From NCBI GenBank assembly GCA_040954595.2, contig CM082583.2, forward strand, positions 7,252,849-7,316,848: 64,000 nucleotides of DNA. The letters run 5' to 3'. Of this stretch, positions 27,713-39,500 are shown in pieces. Below the pieces are notes generated by a model. That model saw nothing but the letters and a program-made list of their open reading frames with translations, searched no databases and was not told the origin of the DNA. The translations under genes were made by a program, and so were the position numbers. Within the stretch, counting starts at the first letter, position 1; each line of letters starts with the position of its first letter. The stretch comes from Balanoglossus misakiensis. Taxonomy: Eukaryota; Animalia; Hemichordata.

Positions 27713-30700
27713 GTAAGAAAGTGCGTTTGTTTGCGCTTCAAAATTTTCTGATTCCAAAAATTTCGAGGAAATTCCCACGGACGCTGTCGATCCGTTTCAC
27801 CGTCGGACAGCGTGTGTGTAATTGGTTTAATTGTACTACATGACCTATCATCATATCCTCGTTCAGCCATGACTCGTCTACAGGTGAAAACAAAAAAAAA
27901 TCAATTTGTGCGCGTGCTGAAGTTTTTGGCTTATCAACGGTGGCCATATTACTTTTGCTTTGTTTACCGTATGTATGTCATCACAGGCTGTGTTTGTAAA
28001 CACGGTTTTTTCTCTCCAAATTAACTCAAACCGCCTGTGAAAAACAGTGAAAAAAGAAAAGCGTTGAATAAATTTAACCGTATAATTCACACTCGTTTCA
28101 AAGTTGCTTTGTGTGTTTTTCCCCCCAACTGTGTGCAGGGCACTATAGTAAACATTAGACACGAATTTCTCGCTTATTATTCGCTCAATCGTCGGCCAGC
28201 TCGTGTTCCTTTTTCGTTGCTTTGCCGAGAAATATTTCGTTTTATAAATAAGTAAACAGGGCCTTGTGAGAGAGTCGTGAATATCGCCACACGAACTTCG
28301 ACTGTCGTCAAAACATCACAGTTCAGCAACGCGAGTCGGAATGATCGATCAGGCACACCTGACATTTTCCCCCTGAACTAATTTTGGTTTCGCGAATTTT
28401 CATTTACCCCAAGGACCGTTAACTGCACTTCGCGGTTTCAGGGAAAGACGGGATCTTGGCAGTCCCACAAAAGCGCCTAGCTTAATGATTTTTCCGGTTG
28501 AGCTATAAAGTGTATCACGCTTGCTAATTATTTCGCTTATTTCTCTCTGTCTCTCTCTTTCACAAACTAGCATTCACTGATACGATTCGTCTACTCTGCC
28601 ATTAAGCAAATTTAACTCCTTGCGTGAAGGCTACAAATTTATACTGTGGGTAGATTTTCTGGCGTGGTCGAATCACGTGATAAGCAGATGGAATATTGGA
28701 GATAAATAAAGCCCTACGTTTATGAATTTTTAATTTCGGTCGAAATCCATCGTAAAGATAGCTAGCGGTTTTTGTACATAGGTGTTCTCTGCGTGAAAAT
28801 GACCTGTCGGTCACATTTGCATGACTTCTAAGGATATCGATAATTTACACATTTATTTACCTGTCTTTAATGTTTAGTTATCGAACTTAAATGCCATAAC
28901 GCCTCCTTCATTCTGCCCAATTCACATATCCTTATAAAAATTCAAATCTTCATATATTACGCAAAATTCCTTTTTTTCAATTATTGACAGAACTATTTTA
29001 AAATGTCTATGGTTGGTAACATGTAATAATTCCTATACAATCGGTCAGCGCTGGATGGCGTAATATCAGTTTTAAATTTCATTGTTTTCCTGGACACATC
29101 CTATGGGGGGGGGGGCAATTAATTAATCCGCTATACGCGACGACCGTAATCGGTATGTTTGTCAAGCGTAGCGTAGACAGGTACCGTCGCTTTGGCCCCA
29201 ACTTTGGCAAACTCGCTGTGATCGCTCTAATAGACACCACGTTTAGCTTAATTGCTTCAAAGATTAGTAATTAGCACCTTAATTGACAGGAAGTTTGTTT
29301 TGTTGCGAGTGTCATGTCCAGTTCCCGGCTTCTGCTGACAGGGAACCCGAAATTTCACAGGTACCGGGTTTTGTACACCTGAATGACGGACCCTTGACAA
29401 CGCCAATGGCGTGGTTCAGTTGTCAGCTGTGGAGGACTGAGATTGACATGCAGTTGGGGTGTCTCCGAAAGTAGACCAAACCACAGAAAGTTTTGGATTT
29501 CTTTGACTTTTAAAAGAAAACACAAGGCTGGCCACACTCTGTTTGTCCGAGGTGGAATGTTTCCTTGAATCAAAACGACGCGGCGTCGAGAGAGAGGAGA
29601 GTCCCGTGATTCACCCACCTGCAAATAAAATGTATATCACAGTTTTCAATTTGTAGACGGAATTAAGAGATTGTGAATGGGGGTTAGTGAAGATAGCAAG
29701 CCGATGTCAGATCGAAGTCGATGATGAGGCCGTAATCTGCGGGTTCCATCTCTGGTTTGTTGTTTTGGGAATTGCAAAATGTTTCCCTCGGCCAACCTCA
29801 TCGGGGTTCTTTAAAAACACGCCAGGAGCAGCGCGCATCGCCAGCCAACGATGATCGGAACGCGACCGGCGAATATCCCCCAGCTGTCGTGTAGCGTTTC
29901 TCGCTGTTGGAAGGCAGCTCGGTTCAGCGACGTCCATAAAAAAAATCCTTGTCTCCAGCCGTTCAGTCGCCTTATGCTATTGTTCCCTCATTAACAATTT
30001 AGTTGTGTGCTTTAATTTTGTGTTTTTATTACGTGAGTGAGTAAAAAATCGTGTCGGGGTAATAAACTGTCCTCCGGGGAGCGAGCTGAAAGTTTTAAGT
30101 AGAGTCGACTCTTAGTCCTCTCTCCGGTACAAGTTCCAGCATATTGAGCGCTGATTTACCGAAGTCGCATTTTTTAAAACGTTTCAACTGGAGGGGACAA
30201 TACACAAATGTTTGGTTTGAAGAAGCAATCGAGATAGCGGGATTGGGTTATGTGTTTTTGTTCTGGGTACACAAACGCGCGTTCTTCTGTGTATGTTTTA
30301 GATATGATGGTGTTTGCATGGGCCGGGTCGAGATTCGTCTTATTGTTGTGCCCCCCTCACAACATAAATACGCCGGTCTAGGAAATCGGTTTATAATTAG
30401 GTGTCATATGTGCATTGGGAAGCCCCTCTTGACGCAGTTGTACAAATACCTTGTCAATTTTTATTTACTCTTTTTTGGGGGAAAACGACTGGCATGGGCA
30501 CAGTGTACATAAATAAAGCCGCGGTTGCTGCAAAATGTGTGGACTGTGGCTCGGTCGAAGGTATCAGCTGTCGACTGTAGGGGTCACCGCAGATCGACCC
30601 GCCAGCCTAATCGTACTGTTTGTCGTGAATGGAATCGGCGAAAAATACCGCTTGCGACCCCAGGCACAGCGTTTTTTTTTTACTTGGCCAGCTGAGCTGT

Positions 30701-31819
30701 TCGCCAGCCCCGGTCGGCCGCGATACCAAAAGCGCTCTCCCCCTGCTCAGTTGACTGTAGCATGCACTTACAGACTATTGTTACAACACTTCAGAAATTT
30801 CGTTTATTTGCGCTGGTTGTCCTTCAAAACGCACCCACTTCTCAACCCCGGTGCGCAAGAGAGTGAAGTTTTCGCTTTGCCATGACATGTCAGGTAGTTG
30901 CCAGCCGGTCTCGGGTTACGCAAATTGAAAGGTATCATTGCTAGTGCTCGGGACCGAGGCTAGAGTGTGGAGCGAAAACAAACCTTGCATGAAAAAAAAC
31001 CCTGCCAACTGCAGCTTTGATGTTATATTTCGGGCCATTTCAGACTGATATTGGTTAAAAATTGGAGTTACGCCACCTCAACGTACAAGTCGGGTGTTGA
31101 CGCGCCCCCTTGTTTATTCTCTGTCAAAAGCACCGTCTCTCGACACCATGACTGGCCGGCAACCAGGTGTTCCCTCTCAGACTCGCGACCCTGTCTTTCC
31201 ACAGCGCTGTGTTGCCCTCTCCTCTGGGCGTGCGTGCGCGGGCCGTTGGTGTTAACGGGAGGTACACATCTGCGCCTATGTCCTCTGTTAGACGACGTCT
31301 TGTTCACTCCCCCCGTCTCTCCATAAATGAAAAAAGAAATCCGCTATGTTCTCTAAAACTTCCAATAGAAAAGCCGCACCTGTCAAAAATCAGTCGTATA
31401 CGAGACACACACATCTCGTATGCACGTTATCTTTGCTGCCTGTGTCTTCCAAAACTGTTGGACGCTAATGCTTCGACCTGAACGTGTTTTTATCCCGTTT
31501 GCCAAAATCTACAACGCAATTATCGTGCGATCCGGCGATCCCTGAAAGACACTGAAACCCGATCAGTGTTCTGTCAATTAAAAGAAACATTCTCGGGTGA
31601 GAGGCCTGCGCCTTGACCAAGACTCTTGCACCACCATGCGTCATTCCGCCCTAAATCGCTGACTATTATCATTACAGCCCATTGACACAGCGTGACTTTG
31701 TAAACCCAACTAACTTTCAATAATGTACCACACAAATGATACATAACTGTCACCTCGTGATTATTTCTAAATAATAAAAAAATGATTTTTCTTCTTCGTC
31801 ACAAAAAAATTAATTTCAG

Positions 31820-32005
31820 AACAACCAGAGGGCACAGGGTTTTCAAGGAGTCCCAATGGTGGCGTCCAGTCCGGTTCGACACGACGGCAATATGCAAGCC
31901 AACCCCGTCGAAGTTACCAGCTATCAACAGCAACCTCCAGCTTGGCAAGCCCTCAGTGATTTTGCATTGAAAAGCGATATTGAACAGCCGGCTTTTCAAC
32001 AATTG
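31820..32005 (+). CDS. isl: Islet coding exon 5, Lhx3/4-binding (LIM-interaction) domain ([62 protein letters not shown])
   Basis: Acceptor tttcag| and donor TTG|gtaagt. Matches ISL1 PMVAASPERHD...ANPVEV...LSDFALQSDIDQPAFQQL. The exact 5' boundary could instead be 31829 or 31838. Confidence 0.95.
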
Positions 32006-34673
32006 GTAAGTTCCACAATCCCACTTTCAATATTAATTTTAACAAAATGGCGGCGGCGACTGTCACACATAATGACTGGAGACCTCTCCAACGTCGAACT
32101 AAGTTTGATTAATAAGAACAGACCCATGTCAGGCAAAATTTACGACTATTATTTCATTTTACTTTTTATTTACGACTCGTAATTGCCTAAATATTTAATT
32201 TTAGATGTTATATAGGCAGACTGGGCGATGTCAGTAAAATATAAATGTGCTGTTCACATTTCGAGCAGAGTGACAAATTTAATCCTTGTGGTTAAATTTT
32301 AATGCGTTTATTTGTGTAATATTATAAGGTTAATCATACATATTAAGGTTTTACTTATCTTTAACCAAACGAAACACACGAGAGAACTTTTTAAATACAC
32401 TTCTATCAAGAAATTGTTGTGCCCCCAAAGAAAAATTGTCGTCTGCACATCTTGGCGCCATTTTACTCTAGATATTGCAAAACTGTCTCATCCGCGGACC
32501 TCAAAGTCCAGTTTGCCGCGTAATACTCGAACAGGACTTGTGGAGAAGCTTTAATCCAGAATTGATAAAGAAATTACACTTCGGTGAATCTGTGAGCCCC
32601 CTTTTTTCCTATTCATCCGGCAGCCATTTTTCGTGATTACTGTGGTGTCAATGTAATTCGGTCACAACTCGAACATAACAATGCCCTCCTTAAAAGCGGA
32701 GACAGACGCAGATAGCGTTCAGTGAATTTTCTTATTTACCATATTATTCAATCCACTAGCGTTTTTGCAGAGAGCCAATCCGTTTAGAATCAGAGAGAAA
32801 ACTTTAATTTCCAACTTCGCGTTTATCCCTTTTGCGAGAGCGAAATTATCCCCTCTACGTAATTCCCGCCTTCGGAGGAAGGTGTATTAGTGCGCTGTAT
32901 TTCTCACTGTATACGATTCAAAATTTCCCCCCTTACCAAGAATGATTAAGCCTATTACGGTTTAGGAAAATAAACGGGGAGAATGGAGGCTCGTTATGGA
33001 CCTACAATTGCAGAATGATTGTTTAAATATGTTTTAGAATAAAAACACATAGCGTCTATGCGCCACTTCCAGTGGAGTGCTGCGCTCTTACGGAAATAAT
33101 ACGATGAAAAGGGGGGCAATGGCATGAGCACGTGCACTGCCCAAGATATCAAGGCGAATTTTCAAAATAACTAAAGTACATTTTGAGAGGGCAAGAGCTC
33201 TCCGGGAGGATTCAGCGTAGTGGAGGGCTAAAGATAAAATCCGAATGCCAGCGGGAAGTTTATAAAATCCCACTATGTTACTGTAAAGCATGATTTACCT
33301 TACCTATTGGGTATTATTTCTAAATATGCCTTCTGTGACGCAAACACACAATCGTGACCCAACTTTAGGGGACTGCAGTGTCCTCGCTGTTTATGCTAAT
33401 TTAAGAAATATATATATAGGTATATATGTAAAATTGAAAAACCAACACCACGTATATAAACGTAGAGAACTGAGATACATGTTTGGATGTTTGGACAGTC
33501 GCATGTGTCATGCATGTTGTGTGACATCCGACTAATATTTTGTTTAACCAAATTGACAATTTTTATCTTTATAGAATAACAATAATTGTTATTTTGGAAG
33601 GGAAAGCAACCGCATGTTCTGTCGTGTTCACGTCACGAGCCTCGCAAAGTTTTGTTTTTAGTGTGTGCATTTGTTTTGAATACCACGGTGGATTTTCCAG
33701 CGTTGAAATTACTGAATGATGAAACAGAGACTTGGGAGCAGGCCTGACCTCTGGCTGCGCTCAACATATTCATCACTGTCACTGTACCACGGCGCGGTTA
33801 CAACAAGCTGTTCATCCAAATGTGTGGCTGAAAACGCGGTTTTCATTCACAACTGGGGCGAATGCCTGTTTCTAAGACAGAACGTGGCATTTCCCCGCGG
33901 TTTCCCTGTGACTGAGATATCACCTTGTCTACCTTAAACCTCAACTCATGAATTGTCCAGCGTGCACGTGGAGGAGGGTAGAATGATGTATTAACGTGTC
34001 CTATTAGTTTTATCGAGACTCCCTCAACACTCCAGACAATCCAACTCCCTACCACAAAATTTCCTTGTGCGAATTATAATCACAATTAATAATTTAATTT
34101 TCATGTAATATCGTTCAACCAGTCATTACCACGCTTAACCTAATTTAATTTCGGCAAACACTTTCCTACACACACGCACACGCTGAAAATGTAATCAGAC
34201 CCGTTTCATTTCGCGTCGTATTGTTGAATCAATCGCAATCACACAAGTAACAACATTAGAATACACGCTCCCCTCTCCGTACAAATAATGCAATTTTCGT
34301 TCAAACATACACGGCCCAGATTTGTGGCATCAGCCACGGCTCCACCCAGCGTGCTGTCCTTGTCTTCTCGTCTGTACTGTATGTGAACTAAAACCGATGC
34401 AGACGATTCTTTCAGATTTTTTTTTAGTTTCTGTGGGAATTTCACATTTGAAAAATTTTCAGTGTAAAGGTTGCGCGGAATACATTTCCAAGTAGGTCAA
34501 CATCGATTTTTTCCCCGCGAGTAATCGTTCGTAACAAAGCTGAAACAACTCGAAATTCTGTTACGGCTTTTCTCTATTGAATATTCCCGAACCCTATTGA
34601 TGTTTTCCCCGAGTGTCTGACTCTGCTCCCGTCGCCTGTTTCTTACCCTTTTTGTACTCTTTGTCTCGCACAG

Positions 34674-34793
34674 GTAAATTTCTCAGAAGGTAACCCCCCA
34701 AACCACGAAGATTCGCAATTGACACCCCCTCCCGAGGACACAATGGTGGATAGCAACCCCCCACCCTCGGCTATATCAACGTCGAGTGAATGA
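34674..34793 (+). CDS. isl: Islet coding exon 6 (VNFSEGNPQNHEDSQLTPPPEDTMVDSNPPPSAISTSSE*), missed by the ORF track
   Basis: Long polypyrimidine tract with gcacag| acceptor. It begins VNFSEG, like the last exon of vertebrate ISL1, and ends with TGA at 34791-34793. Confidence 0.93.
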   Translation, partial: VNFSEGNPPNHEDSQLTPPPEDTMVDSNPPPSAISTSSE

Positions 34794-36250
34794 CAACGAG
34801 ATGTGTATTGTGACATTCCTAGGAGGAGGAGGAAAAAACATCAAGCCAGACAATCTTTGCCGGCACCGTGGTGAAGGATTTACCACCCTGTGAACAACGC
34901 AAGGGTCTCAACCCTCGGATAATCCAGCCCGTTCGAAAGAGGGGATTGATACACTCCACTCTACTGCCAGGACCGTAAGCTGGGGACATTTTTCTCCGTC
35001 ATCCTCTGTGCGTGTCTCGTCACTTGCTTCCCTCCGACCCTGCCAAAACGTGCTGCAAGTCGCACAGATATCGAGGATGCGTAATGTTCAGATGAATTCT
35101 AAGCTTACAGTGTCCTCCTGCGCTTGGGTACAGCGCCAAGCAGAGTTGTCGCCATTCGACATTCGAACAATTCCAAGGAAAATGCCTGTGGTATCATCAA
35201 CGCCTGTCGGGAACCATACAATTTTGTTTGGAAACATGCAGGGAATCGCCGTTACCGGTTTGTCTACGTCTTCAAGTTGACCGTGTGTACATATTCATTG
35301 TTTTAGTGATTTTTCTTTCTTTCCTTCAAATGAACCCTTCCCATGCAGAAGAGTTACTGAGTATATCCCTACCACGACCGAGAAAATTAGAACGGGGAGA
35401 GGAGAGAAAACGAGAAAGAAAGTGCGTTTGAAGGACTGGACAAGTTTTAGTGTAGATGGAAGAAGCATGGGTAACGTGGAATTGACACGATCGCTGAGTG
35501 GGGAATTCCCAAACGAAATGAACATTACTAGCGGTAGCAACCGACAATTAATAATATTCATTAATGCAGGGGAGTTTAAGAGTTTCATTGATAATGAATA
35601 GGTCGGTGCCACCGGCTTTCTGATAAATAGTTCAGTATGTTACGCATGGTGCCCACGGACCAGTGAAACAAGAAACGCAGAGAGCAGTGTTCTTTTTGGT
35701 GTTGTCAGAGAAGGACCAAATCACGCCATAGGCAGACGTGTACGCCGCTATAGAGTAAAAGGGGGAGGGGGAAACATCAATTTAGGGGTGCGGAGAGGGG
35801 GAGGGAGGGTAGTAGAACTTTATTTAAAGTCGATATTTATGAAACCATTCTACGGTTTCGTTCGCAGATGCAATACATCGTCAGAGTAAAGACTTAAATG
35901 GGGACAATATCCATGCAATGTGTTACGATTGCAACATAAGGGGTTTTGTACACCGCTGTTTGAACACAGCGCAACGGCAATACCCATGGGAGATTTTTTT
36001 ATCGAATTTTCCAACTCTGGCGATCCGATCTATTGTTTTTTTCACTCACTGACTTGTTTCTCAGCTATGTCTTACGTCATGCAACACAAACTGTTTTAAA
36101 TATTTTATATTATTTATCTTGGAAATTTCAGGGCGCAGTGTTGAAATGTGTAACTATGTTTGTCATATTCCTCAGTGCTCAACGAGTTGTCAATTTTCCC
36201 CCATAATGCACAATGGAATAAAAAAATAAATTTAAAAAAGTTTACATTCT
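34794..36250 (+). other. isl: Probable islet 3' UTR
   Basis: Follows the stop codon, contains AU-rich TATTTA elements (about 35820-35840 and 36110-36118), and ends near tandem AATAAA hexamers. Confidence 0.65.
36217..36230 (+). terminator. Tandem polyadenylation signals, AATAAA at 36217-36222 and 36225-36230
   Basis: These are the first canonical hexamers I found downstream of the islet stop codon. Confidence 0.65.
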
Positions 36251-36483
36251 CAGAAGGACATGGCAAATATAAACCAGCTTATATACCCAGCACAACTCAG
36301 TAGGGATAGATCAACTTATTACATTTTATCCAGATCAAGACATGGTTTAACAGAGAGAGAGTTAGCTTTTATATCGGGAACAAAATCCCAACAATTTGAG
36401 AAAAAAATTAAAACAGAAGCACGATGACGTCATAAAGTGAACTGAACCTGTCTTTGTGTGGTTTTTGTTGGTGCAGTGGTGGG

Positions 36484-36511
36484 GGCTTTGGCTTGGCTTG
36501 GCTTGGCTTGG
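36484..36511. repeat. (GGCTT)n pentanucleotide repeat
   Basis: Directly visible. Confidence 0.85.
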
Positions 36512-39500
36512 AGCGAAGTTGATCAACATCAGCTGACTTGTATATACTTCAAAGCCGGTTGCATAATAGTCTTAACGTAGAACACACACACACGGCCAAA
36601 GAAAGTCGAAATGCATAATTGCAGTCACACAGGATAAATATAATTAGGGTTATTGTCAACTCCTTTCGTGTCACATTAAGCTTTCACTTTCTAAACCGCT
36701 GTAAGTACTTTGTTTCTAAAAACGACAATTGATTGATTTCATTTCGCTTTTCACAGCTTTTTAACGTGTTGCCGGTGCTAAACTGGGGGGGGGGGTCTCC
36801 ACCCCCCCCCCCTCTCGCTTCCCTCCCTCCAAACGCCGATGTTTGAGAACCCCAGTAAAATTTTAATACAACGCTGCCATCGCAGTGACCAACATTCCAT
36901 CCTGGCGCATTTTACATATTGTAATTCGGCTTGATTAGCTCCATTTTGCTTGATCTGCGGCGTGTATTTGTCTCCATGCAATTCTATTCAAGAGCGTCTG
37001 TGAGGTTCCCCCCCCCCCCCAATATCTCCTCCTTTTGGACCCAGCAATTACGTTTGCCCCAATCAGTTCCAGCTGGGGATGGAACAGCGTCTCGCTGTCT
37101 AGTCCAGCCACAATGAGGCGAAATTACCGGGGTCTGGTGGTGGTGAGGGACCAAGCCCTTCCCCTTCATGTCATATCTGGACAAGTTTCCCAGGCGCAGG
37201 TTTTCGTGTGGTTGCCCCTTAGTTCTTGGCCAGACTGTCTCAAAAGATGCATGGGGTGAATGCTGTCGCTTTCATTGTATTGTCCGTTTCACACTCAGTG
37301 GGGGCTTGCTGTTTAATTAAATTCAACCGCTCCGCCTTTTATTTTCTTTCGAAAACCTGCCAACGCTTACCTCTCAACCAGACACCGGTGAATAGAAAGG
37401 GTGCCTTCAGAGGATGCGACAGTCTTAATTAGCACTGTAATGAGTGCTAATGTATACAACGCCACAATAGTCGCTAATTGGCGAGTGTGTCGTGGCCGGA
37501 CAAACAAAATACCATCCCCCCACCTTCCCTACAGAAAACCAGCGAACGGTGGCCTCGTCCCGTCTGCGGGCAGCCATGCTGCAGCCGCTGCCTATTCTTG
37601 ACAAGGACATAAATCAACGAACGTAGAACTCTCTTTTCCCCCCACCATTCACAACCACTCTCCCTTTATTGCGCCAGTAATTACGGGTTACAAAACAGTT
37701 CTGCCAAAATTTGAACAGCGAGTGCGGGTCGTAAACAGTGTGTTGGTGGATTGTCATAGGCACTGGTGCATACCTCGCATTGCTATTCTATGTGAGTATA
37801 TAGTTTCCAGTCTTGTAGGTGGTCTTGTACGTTACATATAGCATACTGGTCTGTACAACATGACAGGGCGAAAACTGTCTTCCGCACTGGTGACTGAGGT
37901 CCCAGCCGGACCAGAACAGAAATTTGTTTCGGCGGTTATAATTCAGTTGGAAGAGCTTTATGTATTTTGTAGCTCGGTGTTTTTTAGGCTTGCTGGCTAG
38001 CTAGCTATCCTTAAGCGACCACTCCCCGCGAATTTGACGCTCAAACGGGTTTCTTTAACAAACGTTTATACTCTTAGAACCCTCTGCCGTGCTGTGCGTT
38101 TTGTAAACGCCATTGTACGTTGTCGCAGGAAGCCCTGCAAGAGATGTGTGAGAAGGGCCCTTTGAATCGCTATGCCTCGCATTGATCTTATTACGGCCAA
38201 TGAGACTTATTGAGGTTTGTCCATTCAGCGTTCGTTTGTCGGCTTTCTTGGGTGGATAAACCCCGGATTTTTTCTCCATTCGTATTTGAACCCGGTCGTA
38301 CAAAAAAATATCCTTCCGGCAAAATCAGAAACATTTTTTCCCTCTCATGACATTCGGAGAAAAAAATACAAGAAAACAGCAGTAACCTAATAGCAAATCT
38401 TCTCCCGGGTGGCCACAAGACAAGTTTCGAACTTCAAGGCACTTTAGCCCGTAGCGCTTCTATACTTCTTAGCCGTAAACCAGATAGCTGCTTATCACAC
38501 GAAGTAAGCAACGCGCGATCATGATTTGAAACGGCGACACTTGGATTTCAAAATCGCCTGTTACCCAGCGACAACACTGCTCGACGTTTCAAAGTTGACA
38601 GGCGAAAATTAAAAATATGTATTTTCACCTTTTATTTCTCTCCCGAGCTATTTCGCTTCATTTCCTGACCCATTAAAATCTGGGAGGAGGAGCCGGTCCT
38701 AATTTAATTAGGTGATAAGCAAAATATTACTTTTAAAGTGATCGCACTCTTCACTATGCATGAATCATCATCGAGATTTGACAGCAAAGACTTGCTTTCA
38801 TGACTGGTGGTGTTGCAGTCGAAATTGAGAGAAAAACAATGGAGTGACTGAATATGTTTTCATCAAAAAAAAATAAGTTTTTCGTGTCGGGAAATTTTGC
38901 GTCAAATACTCCGTTTCACTCCGGGGTCAAAGGTCTATTTGGAAACGCGGAAACGCAAATGAAATGTGATCGCTCAGCAAGATGAAACGAACAATTATCG
39001 CTTTTTGCTTGTACGCATTGCGTGTTAATTTCCATAACTGGGCGGCTGATAAGCACGCGGTATGGGCTTGAGGGATTCATGTCACGACTATTATTTAGTT
39101 TTTCAGAGATCAAAACTGTGCCCGTTTTCGAAAGTGATAATTCGTGTACTAGTATATAATGGCGTTTTCGTGTCCATCATAGTGTTCTTGAATGTGCTTT
39201 CTAAAAGTATCCGACTGGCAACTGATTTAAAGTAATTCAAGTTACATCTTTTTCATTAAATTTAATTACAAACCAGATAAATATTTGGTATTTTTCCTTC
39301 TTTCTTATAAACTACTAATGCGATTTTAATTTTAACCGTGAGTTTATGCTAGTAGGAAAGTTAGCGACAAGCCAGTTTCAAAATTTTCTCCATCCAATTT
39401 GTGGACGTCTTGTCTGCGTGACGTCCCCACTGCATTACACTTTACGTAAAGAGATAGCCATTTCAGCTAGCGTATCTCGAGAAAAGTAACAAAATTACGG

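Noticed and set aside
27329-27778. 149-aa antisense ORF over the homeobox exon
   Set aside because: It is a shadow frame of the real exon on the opposite strand.
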